From Myxococcota bacterium (GTDB taxonomy: Bacteria > Myxococcota_A > UBA796 > SXON01), in assembly GCA_040386535.1 (NCBI GenBank), contig JAZKFH010000015.1, positions 297,114 to 361,113 on the forward strand: a stretch of DNA of 64,000 nucleotides, written 5' to 3'. The first letter of the stretch is position 1. Each line of letters opens with the position of its first letter. A program made the translations under genes and the position numbers. This document shows positions 39,725 through 47,332 of this stretch, in pieces. The notes beneath the pieces were generated by a model. The model was given only the letters and a program-made list of their open reading frames with translations, ran no database searches and was not told the DNA's origin.

Positions 39725-41820
39725 ACCGCCGCCTCGCCCTCGGCCCCCTCTCGCGCGCGTCGGTCGGCGCGGTCGCGGGCGCCCTGCTCGGCGGCTGGCT
39801 GGGCCTGCACCACGGCGCCGCGTTCGTGGTGCCCGACCCGCTCGACCCGACGCGGTGGAGCGTGCTGGTGCCGGGCCTCGATGAGAACGTGGTGTCCCAG
39901 CGCGGCCGCGGTACGCAGGTCGTCGGCGGCGCGATCGTGCTCACGCCCCACGTGTTCCACCGCTCCGACGTGGTGCTCCCGCGGGACGCGCGGCCGATCG
40001 CGGCGCTCTCGGTGGAGCTGGCGCCGGACAGCGGGCAGCTCGACGTGCGCCTCCGTTCGCCGGGGAAGATCGTCGAGGTGCAGATCCGCCCCGACGCGTG
40101 GCGGAGCGTGCCCGGCGCGTGGACGCCGCACGATGGCCCGGTCGATGTGCGCATCGCGGACGGCGAGGCGCGCATCGGCGGGGTGCGCGCGGGGTTGTCC
40201 GGGCCGGCCTCCGTGGAGCTCGTCGCGGCGCGCGAGCGGGTGCGCATCCGCGGGGTCACGCTCGTCGATGAGGCCGGCGAGGCCTTCCTCGTGGAGGATC
40301 CGGGCGCCGCGTGGGAGGGCCGCGCGCCGGTCGGGTGGGGCGTGATCCTCGGGGCGCTCGCGGGGGCCGGGCTCGCGGCGGCGGGGGGGATGGGCGGGCT
40401 CCTGGTCCTCGCCTTCCCGGTGGCGGTGGCGCTCACGCCTCCCGGCACCTGGCTCGCGCTGGTCGAGCGCCTGTACCTCGTCCGGACGACCCCCTGGGCG
40501 CTCGCACAGGTGGTCCTGGCCGTCGCGTTCGTGCCGATGCTCGTGCGGCTCCTCGCGCGGTCGGGCCTCGCGGTGCCGGCGGAGCGGGACCACGAGCGGG
40601 ATCCCCGCGTGCTCTTCGCCTGGGTCGGCGTCGCCGCCCTCGCCGCGGCGTTCGCGGGGCGGGTCGCCGGCGGGCCCGGCTGGATGTTCGCCCCGATCGG
40701 GCTCGGGCTCCTCCTCGCCCCGCTCGCCTTCGCGCGCGCCGCCCGCGTCGACGCGATGGGGGTGTTGGTGCGGGACGTGCCGGCCGCGCTCGCCGTTGGG
40801 ATGTTCGGCTGGGGGGTCGGCCTGCTCGGCGTGGCCGCGTGGCGGATGGGCCTGCTCGTCGCGGGGGCCGGGGTGCTGCTCCGGCGCGCCCCTCGGGTGG
40901 CCGCGGACGCGGTGTTCCTCCTCGCGCTCGCGCTCGTGCCCGCGGCCGAGCTCGCCGCCCGGAGCACCTGGCTCGACACCGCGTGGGACGCCGCGCGCCT
41001 GGACGGCGACCAGTCGTGGACCAGCCCCGCACCGTTCTGGGACGGCGAGTGTGGCCCGGCGCCCCGCGCGACCGTGACGTTCGCCGGCGGCTCGTCCACG
41101 GGCGGCGCCTACCAGTTCCACGACGATCCGGCGGCCTTCTACCCCTCCCGCGTCCACGCGCGGCTGTGCGCGGAGGGCCGGGGGATCCGCACCACCAACC
41201 ACGGCTACGGGGGGCGCGACAGCTTCACCGTCTCCCGCTCGCTCCCCACGATCCTCGCCGCCCATCGGCCCGCCGTCGTGGTGGCGTACCTCGGCGTGAA
41301 CGATCTCCTCACCCAGGAGAGCCCGTTGACCCGCGCGCAGCGGGAGGCGATCGAGGCGGGGCGGAGCGCCGCCACCCGCGGGCTCGCGGCGATCGGGGCC
41401 CGATCGCGCCTGCTCACCGGCGTGGCGCTCCTGGCCCGCCCGCCCCTCGATCCCGACGCCGCCGTCGTCTCCGACGTGCCGCTCGCGGACGCGGAGGCCA
41501 ACCTCCGCCGGATGGCGGCCGGCACGCTCGCCGCGGGCACCTGGCTCGTCCTGCTGCCCGAATACACCGACCCGGAGACCCGCGGCCGCGTCAGCGCGTA
41601 CGCGAACATGGAGGCCCGCCTCGCCGCGGAGCTCCCCGGGATCGTGTTCCTCGACACCTTCGCCGCGCTCGCCCCGTTCGTGCCCGAGGGCCTCCTGGTC
41701 GACCGCAACCACCTGTCCCGTACGGGGAGCGAGCGCCTCGGAGAGGTGCTCGCGCCGATCCTCGTCGGGCTGCTGGACGCCGGACCCCCGCCGCGCGCGG
41801 TATCCTCGGCGTCGCCATGA
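39721..41820 (+). CDS. Multi-TM membrane protein with C-terminal SGNH/GDSL hydrolase domain
   Basis: FAGGSSTGG, NHGYGG, YLGVND, VDRNHLS blocks following several TM helices. Confidence 0.8.
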   Translation: MNRRLALGPLSRASVGAVAGALLGGWLGLHHGAAFVVPDPLDPTRWSVLVPGLDENVVSQRGRGTQVVGGAIVLTPHVFHRSDVVLPRDARPIAALSVELAPDSGQLDVRLRSPGKIVEVQIRPDAWRSVPGAWTPHDGPVDVRIADGEARIGGVRAGLSGPASVELVAARERVRIRGVTLVDEAGEAFLVEDPGAAWEGRAPVGWGVILGALAGAGLAAAGGMGGLLVLAFPVAVALTPPGTWLALVERLYLVRTTPWALAQVVLAVAFVPMLVRLLARSGLAVPAERDHERDPRVLFAWVGVAALAAAFAGRVAGGPGWMFAPIGLGLLLAPLAFARAARVDAMGVLVRDVPAALAVGMFGWGVGLLGVAAWRMGLLVAGAGVLLRRAPRVAADAVFLLALALVPAAELAARSTWLDTAWDAARLDGDQSWTSPAPFWDGECGPAPRATVTFAGGSSTGGAYQFHDDPAAFYPSRVHARLCAEGRGIRTTNHGYGGRDSFTVSRSLPTILAAHRPAVVVAYLGVNDLLTQESPLTRAQREAIEAGRSAATRGLAAIGARSRLLTGVALLARPPLDPDAAVVSDVPLADAEANLRRMAAGTLAAGTWLVLLPEYTDPETRGRVSAYANMEARLAAELPGIVFLDTFAALAPFVPEGLLVDRNHLSRTGSERLGEVLAPILVGLLDAGPPPRAVSSASP

Positions 41821-42020
41821 CCGAACCGTCGTACACCCCCGGCCCCCTGGAGCGGCTCCTGCTGCGGCTCGGGACGGCCGGCGAGCTCCTGGCCCTGCTC
41901 TGGCGCGGCGGAAGGTGGTGGATGATGCCTGTGGTCGTGATCCTGCTGGGCGCCGCGGGGCTCCTGTTGTTCCTGCAGAGCGTCCACTACGTGGCGCCGT
42001 TCGTCTACATGGTCTTCTGA
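41817..42020 (+). CDS. DUF5989 (SxtK-like) small membrane protein
   Basis: ELLALLWRGGRWWMMPVV...VAPFVYMVF matches the WWxxP...APFxYxxF family pattern. Confidence 0.8.
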   Translation: MTEPSYTPGPLERLLLRLGTAGELLALLWRGGRWWMMPVVVILLGAAGLLLFLQSVHYVAPFVYMVF

Positions 42021-42169
42021 CGGACGCGTCCGAGAGCAGCTTCGGAGAATCCCCTCTGACGCGCGCTCGTCACAGAGGCTGGACGAATTCTTAACATTCA
42101 CTGTCATCCGGCATGGACACGGCCGCGGGCCTCGTCGTACCCTCGGGCTACCCCCTTTTGGAGCCCGCA

Positions 42170-44650
42170 ATGCGCCTTCCCCTCTCGCCTCTCCTGATGG
42201 TCCTCGCGCTCACCGGGTGCTCCACCCACGCCTCGAACGACCAGGCGGGCACCGACGAGGCCGCTCCGGCGCCCACCGGCACCAGCCTCCTCACCGAGGT
42301 CCGGTCGCGCGTCGTGCCCCAGGGCGCCAACCTCGGCCCCATGCAGCAGTGCAACCTCGACGAGGAGCGCTTCCAGACCGTCGAGCGCGCCGTGCTCCAC
42401 CCCCTGCGGGACGCCTGGAAGGCCCAGGACGCCGCCAAGATCGCGGCCCTCGGCACCCCGGGCCTCGAGGTCTCCGGCGTCCCCGCAGCGCTCGGCGCGC
42501 CCTCGTCCACGGGCGCCGGCATCGAGCAGACCACCTGGGCCGTGGCGCCGGGCAAGGCCGATCTCGCCGGGTATCTCGCGCAGTTCTCGTCCCTCGAGTC
42601 CGTGCAGCTCGACACCTGGCAGGTGCGCGCCGGCGAGCGCCAGAAGGACGGCGGCTACAAGGACGCCGAGCTGACCGTCGGGTTCGACGCGCGCGGCCTC
42701 GACAAGAGCGGCTGGCGCCGCAACGACCGCGGCACGATGCAGGTCAAGGCCGTCAACAAGGACGGCAAGGGCTGGAAGCTGGCCCGCGTCGCGATCACCC
42801 AGGGTGACACCGTGCGCGCGGAGAAGGCTGCCTTCACCGAGGTCACCGCGTCCTCCGGGCTCGACAAGGTCACGACCTACCAGCGCGTCGAGGCCATGCG
42901 CCGCGGGGGCTACGCCATCGCCATGGGCGACTACGACAAGGACGGCAACCAGGACATGTACGTCGGGACGTGGGGCCCCGGTACGCTCCTGCGTGGCGAC
43001 GGGAAGGGCGGATGGTCCCCGGTCGCGAACGCCGGCCTCAAGGGCGAGTCCCTCGTGAAGACCTCGATCTTCGCCGACATGGACAACGACGGCTGGCAGG
43101 ACCTGCTCCTCGTCCGCTTCACCCCGGACGGCAGCGAGGACCTCGTCTACTACAAGAACGACAAGGGCACCTTCGCCGACGCCGGGCGCGTGTTCACGGG
43201 CCGCGTCCCCGCTGGGCACGCCATGCCCGCCGCGGTGGCCGACTTCAACAAGGACGGCTTCCTCGACTTCTACGTCGGCTACCCCGGCGCGAAGGACTTC
43301 ACGGTCATCGAGGGCGTGACCCAGGACCGCGCGGTCCAGGGGATGCTCCTGAACGACGGCAAGGGCGGCTTCTCCGACGTGACGAAGGCCACGTTCACCG
43401 GCGCCCAGCCGAGCACGCTCTTCGCGCACTCCGTCATGGCGGTCGACTACGACACCGACGGGGACAGCGATCTGGTCGTCATCGACGACCGCGGCGGCCT
43501 CTCGCCCGTGTACCAGAACCAGGGCGACGGCACGTTCACCCAGGTCGCCAAGGACATCGGCGTCGGGAACGAGGGCTTCGGCATGGGCATCGCCGCCGGG
43601 GATATCGACGCGGATGGGGACGAGGACTTCGTCATGACCAACGTCGACTTCGTGGCCGGCCACCGCGTCGCGGACTCGTGCAAGCTCAACTGGAACACGA
43701 CCCTCGCCGCCCAGCCCACCCGGGGCCTGCGCGCGTTCGAGAACCAGGGCAACGGCACCTTCACCGAGATCACCGAGACCGCCGGCCTCTCCTGGGCCGG
43801 CGAGGGCCTCGCGGGCGCCGAGTTCATCGACTACGACAACGACGGCGCGCTCGATCTGTACGTGGCCGCGGGCCTCTGGTCCGGCACCACCCCCGACCAG
43901 GACCTCTCCAGCCTGTTCGTCCGCGCCTACGCCGACCGCGTCAAGTGGGGCGAGTCCGCCGCGCTCCTGTCCTACCAGCCGGAGAACGACGTCGAGCTGA
44001 AGGACTGGTACCAGCAGCAGACCGAGGCGCCCGCCGCGCACCGCATGGAGTCGCAGTCCTCGTTCATGAAGGTCCTCCAGACCTACCAGGGTGACCTCCA
44101 GAACCCGGGTACGGGCGCCGGCGAGCGGCCCTCCATGGCCGGCTTCGAGCACAACCGCCTGTTCCGCAACGACGGCAGCGGCCGCTTCGTCGAGGTGGGC
44201 TACGTCACCGGCGTGGACAGCCTCGCGGACGGGTACGTCATCGCCCGCACCGACTACGACCACGACGGCCGCATGGACCTCGTCCTCCGCAACGGGGACC
44301 CCGGCACCAGCGAGAACCTGTTCGCCCCCGTGCAGGTGTTCCACAACGACACGCCCAACACCAACAGCCTGATGGTGTCGCTCGAGGGCTCCGACTCCAA
44401 CCGCGACGGCGTGGGCGCCCACGTGTCGATCACCGTGGGCGAGTCGGTCCTCACCCAGCAGCTCATCGGCAACAACGGCACGGCGCAGTCGGAAAAGGTC
44501 CTCCACTTCGGCCTCGCCGCGAACACCAAGGTCGACCGCGTGGTCGTGCGTTGGCCCTCGGGCCGCACGCAGGAGCTCACGGGCGTGGCGGCAGGGCGCC
44601 TGCTGATCCGCGAGGCGGACGCCAAGGACACGGCGAGCGCGGGTCGGTAG
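42170..44650 (+). CDS. CRTAC1-like FG-GAP repeat lipoprotein with ASPIC/UnbV domain
   Basis: LTGC lipobox; repeated D.D.DG..D motifs; SNRDGVGA, LHFGL, VRWPSG. Confidence 0.9.
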   Translation: MRLPLSPLLMVLALTGCSTHASNDQAGTDEAAPAPTGTSLLTEVRSRVVPQGANLGPMQQCNLDEERFQTVERAVLHPLRDAWKAQDAAKIAALGTPGLEVSGVPAALGAPSSTGAGIEQTTWAVAPGKADLAGYLAQFSSLESVQLDTWQVRAGERQKDGGYKDAELTVGFDARGLDKSGWRRNDRGTMQVKAVNKDGKGWKLARVAITQGDTVRAEKAAFTEVTASSGLDKVTTYQRVEAMRRGGYAIAMGDYDKDGNQDMYVGTWGPGTLLRGDGKGGWSPVANAGLKGESLVKTSIFADMDNDGWQDLLLVRFTPDGSEDLVYYKNDKGTFADAGRVFTGRVPAGHAMPAAVADFNKDGFLDFYVGYPGAKDFTVIEGVTQDRAVQGMLLNDGKGGFSDVTKATFTGAQPSTLFAHSVMAVDYDTDGDSDLVVIDDRGGLSPVYQNQGDGTFTQVAKDIGVGNEGFGMGIAAGDIDADGDEDFVMTNVDFVAGHRVADSCKLNWNTTLAAQPTRGLRAFENQGNGTFTEITETAGLSWAGEGLAGAEFIDYDNDGALDLYVAAGLWSGTTPDQDLSSLFVRAYADRVKWGESAALLSYQPENDVELKDWYQQQTEAPAAHRMESQSSFMKVLQTYQGDLQNPGTGAGERPSMAGFEHNRLFRNDGSGRFVEVGYVTGVDSLADGYVIARTDYDHDGRMDLVLRNGDPGTSENLFAPVQVFHNDTPNTNSLMVSLEGSDSNRDGVGAHVSITVGESVLTQQLIGNNGTAQSEKVLHFGLAANTKVDRVVVRWPSGRTQELTGVAAGRLLIREADAKDTASAGR

Positions 44651-45060
44651 TCCCGGAGACCGGACAAGCAGGAAGGCAGGAAGGAAGGGACGAAGGCAGA
44701 GCTCGGATCGGAGTTCTTTCTCCTCACTCCTGCTTTCCTTTATTCCTGCTTTCCTGATTCTTCCGGAGTCCGGAGCCCGGACAAGCAGGAAGGCAGGAAG
44801 CAAGGCAGGAAAGCAGGAAAGAGGGCAGGAAGGAAGGGGGGCTCGGATCGGAGTTCTTTCTCCTCATTCCTGCTTTCCTTTATTCCTGCTTTCCTGATTC
44901 TTCCGGAGTCCGGAGCCGGACAGGCAGGAACGCAGGAAGCAAGGCAGGAAAGCAGGAAAGAGGGCAGGAAGGCAGAGCTCGGATCGGGGTTTCTTCTCTT
45001 CACTCCTGCTTTCCTTGATTCCTGCTTTCCTGCTCTCTTGATTCTTCGGAGACCGGAGTG
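44651..45060. repeat. Three tandem 117-140 bp palindromic units (GCAGGAA arm / GCTCGGATCGG linker / TTCCTGC arm)
   Basis: Units start at 44660, 44777 and 44916; linker at 44701, 44841 and 44977; the two arms are reverse complements. Confidence 0.9.
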
Positions 45061-45091
45061 CCGGGTACACTGTGGGTCGACAGAGGACGCG

Positions 45092-45256
45092 GTGAACACA
45101 CGGCTCGCGGTAGACCTGGTGAAGGGGATGCTCCTCGCGCCGCTCCGCAAGGTCGTGCCGCGCGGGGTCCGCGAGGCGGTCGTCCAGACGGCGGCGAAGG
45201 TCGTCTCTGTGGCTCACAAGACCAACCCCAGCGGCAACAACATGTCGCAGCGGTAG
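45092..45256 (+). CDS. Small basic hypothetical protein (54 aa)
   Basis: GAGGA RBS then GTG; GC3-rich codons; stops 4 bp before the MBL gene. Confidence 0.45.
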   Translation: MNTRLAVDLVKGMLLAPLRKVVPRGVREAVVQTAAKVVSVAHKTNPSGNNMSQR

Positions 45257-45260
45257 CGGC

Positions 45261-46118
45261 ATGATGCGCTCGGGCCATGCCCTCCAGCCGCTCCTGCGGA
45301 CCGCACCCGAGACCGAGCCGGCGTCGCAAGGCGATCGCGTGCGGTACCTCGGCACCGCGGGTTTTGTGCTCACCGGCGCCGGGCGCACCTTCGTGCTCGA
45401 CCCGTACCTCTCGCGGCCCGGCCTGCTCACGTCGCTGTTCGGCCGCCTGGAGCCCGACGCCGCGCTGATCGCCCGCGAGATCCCCCACGCGGACGACGTG
45501 CTGGTGGGGCACGCCCACCACGATCACGCGCTCGACGCGCCGATCCTGTGCAAGCAGACCGGGGCGCGCCTGCTCGGCTCCGAGGCCGTGATGAACATCG
45601 GGCGCGCGGCCGGGGTGCCGGACGCGCAGCTGGTGCGGGCAGACGGGCCGATCGCCTGCGGCGCCGCTACGGTCACGCCGCTCGCCTCCCGCCACGGCAA
45701 GGCCCTGTTCGGCCGGGTGCCGCTCCCCGGCGACATCGCCGCGCCGCCGTCGTGGCCGCCGCGCCTCTGGGAGCTGCGCCACGGGCAGGTCTACAACTGG
45801 CACCTCGACCTCGGGGACGCCAAGGTGCTCCACGTGGACTCGGCCGACTACGACGAGGATCGGGTCGCCGCCGTGCAAGCCGACGTGTTGTGCCTCTGCG
45901 CCGTGGGCCGCCAGTACCGGAAGGACTACACGCGCCGGATCGTGGAGCTCGTTCGCCCCGAGATCGTGATCCCGTGCCACTGGGACGACTTCACGCTCCC
46001 CTGGGGCGCGCCCGCGCGTCAGCTCCCCGGCGTGGACGTGGCGGGGTTCGTGGACGAGATCCGGGCGGCGGGCGCCCGCGCGGTGGTGCTCGGGCTCGGC
46101 CAGCGCTGGAGCTGGTAG
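45261..46118 (+). CDS. Metallo-beta-lactamase fold hydrolase (UlaG-like)
   Basis: YLGTAG, LDPYLSR, GHAHHDH, IPCHWDD. Confidence 0.88.
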   Translation: MMRSGHALQPLLRTAPETEPASQGDRVRYLGTAGFVLTGAGRTFVLDPYLSRPGLLTSLFGRLEPDAALIAREIPHADDVLVGHAHHDHALDAPILCKQTGARLLGSEAVMNIGRAAGVPDAQLVRADGPIACGAATVTPLASRHGKALFGRVPLPGDIAAPPSWPPRLWELRHGQVYNWHLDLGDAKVLHVDSADYDEDRVAAVQADVLCLCAVGRQYRKDYTRRIVELVRPEIVIPCHWDDFTLPWGAPARQLPGVDVAGFVDEIRAAGARAVVLGLGQRWSW

Positions 46119-46134
46119 CCGCGGATCGGGCCCT

Positions 46135-46740
46135 CTACGGTGCGACGCCCCACTTCGTCTTCAACAGCTCGAGCGGGAACGCCATCACCGCGTCCTGGCT
46201 CACCAGCCAGCCCGGCACGGTGCCGCCCGCGTCGGACTGGGCGGAGTAGGTCACCGTGCCCGCGGCCTTGTCGTAGAGCCAGCTCCCCGTGTTGAAGGGG
46301 GTGTACACGGCGTCGGGGTGGGCGTTGAGCGTGGAGGCGTACGGCCCGACGAACGGCGCGCCGCCGCTCCCGCCGGAGTGCGAGACGAGATCCCACTCGA
46401 TGCGGGCGCGGGCCTCTGTCTGCTCGGTCACCTTCAGGGCGATGACGTAGTGGCGCGACCCGACGAGCGCGTTGCCGCCGGTGCGCTGGTAGACGACGGT
46501 GTAGCCGTCCGACCGCTTCTCCACCGTGCGGCACTCGAGCAGCGCCTTGACGCCCATGTAGGAGGCCGTCATCGGGTAGTGCTCACTGTCGAGGATCGCG
46601 GCGACGAAGTCCGCGGTGCTGATGGGCGCGCCCTTGGTGCTCACCACGGTCGACATGCGCTTGGCGGTGCCGGCGCGGGACACGAGGGTCATCGGGGCGG
46701 AGGCGTGCACGGCGGCGACGAGGGAGAGCAGAGCGATCAT
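46135..46740 (-). CDS. Secreted START/SRPBCC-like lipid-binding protein
   Basis: Signal peptide; SRHYVI, NTGSW, SDAGGTVPGWLV resemble a START-domain C-terminus. Confidence 0.6.
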   Translation of the reverse strand: MIALLSLVAAVHASAPMTLVSRAGTAKRMSTVVSTKGAPISTADFVAAILDSEHYPMTASYMGVKALLECRTVEKRSDGYTVVYQRTGGNALVGSRHYVIALKVTEQTEARARIEWDLVSHSGGSGGAPFVGPYASTLNAHPDAVYTPFNTGSWLYDKAAGTVTYSAQSDAGGTVPGWLVSQDAVMAFPLELLKTKWGVAP

Positions 46741-46785
46741 GGCGGACTTCTACCCGAGGCGGCGGGCTCCGGGTAGGTTCAGGGA

Positions 46786-47313
46786 ATGTTGACTCCGATT
46801 CATATTGTCCGCGGAGACCTCACCACGTTCAAGGCCGACGCGGTGGTCAACGCCGCCAACACGGCGCTGGCGGGGGGTAGCGGGCTCGACGGGGCGCTGC
46901 ATCGAGCGGCGGGCCCGGAGCTCTCGGACGCGTGCCGAGAGATCCCCAAGGTCCTCGGCGTGCGCTGCCCCGCCGGAGGGGCGCGCCTGACGCCCGGCTT
47001 CCGCCTCCCCGCGCGCTTCGTGCTCCACGCGGTCGGCCCGGCGTACGCGACCGACAGGGACCCCGCCGTGACCCTCGCCGCCGCCTACCGCGCCGCTCTG
47101 CGGCTCTGCGAGTCCCACGGGCTGCGCACCGTGGGCCTGCCCGCCCTCTCCTGCGGGGTTTACGGCTACCCCGCGGAGGAGGCCGCCCCCATCGCGGTGA
47201 GCGTGTGCCGCGAGCGCCGCTGGGATCTCGACGCCATCACGTTCGTGTTGTTCTCCGACGAGCTGGTGGCGCATTGGCAGCGCGCGTTGCGGGAGCGCGA
47301 GCGCGCGTCGTAG
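46786..47313 (+). CDS. ymdB: Macro-domain O-acetyl-ADP-ribose deacetylase
   Basis: GDLT, DAVVNAAN..LAGGSGLDGALHRAAG, HAVGP, PALSCGVYGYP. Confidence 0.9.
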   Translation: MLTPIHIVRGDLTTFKADAVVNAANTALAGGSGLDGALHRAAGPELSDACREIPKVLGVRCPAGGARLTPGFRLPARFVLHAVGPAYATDRDPAVTLAAAYRAALRLCESHGLRTVGLPALSCGVYGYPAEEAAPIAVSVCRERRWDLDAITFVLFSDELVAHWQRALRERERAS

Positions 47314-47332
47314 TGATACATGTATCGCTGTA

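Noticed and set aside
33827..42020. Saxitoxin biosynthetic cluster
   Set aside because: Only generic families are shared; no SxtA-type PKS/aminotransferase, carbamoyltransferase or dioxygenases.
42104..44803. Long antisense or alternate-frame ORFs (also 2298..4580, 6742..9051, 11641..14568, 16229..18211, 24221..26398, 55635..58163)
   Set aside because: They are shadows of real genes caused by high GC and stop-codon scarcity, with no domain motifs.
44651..45060. CRISPR array
   Set aside because: Units are 117-140 bp, the intervening parts are repetitive rather than unique spacers, and no cas genes are present.
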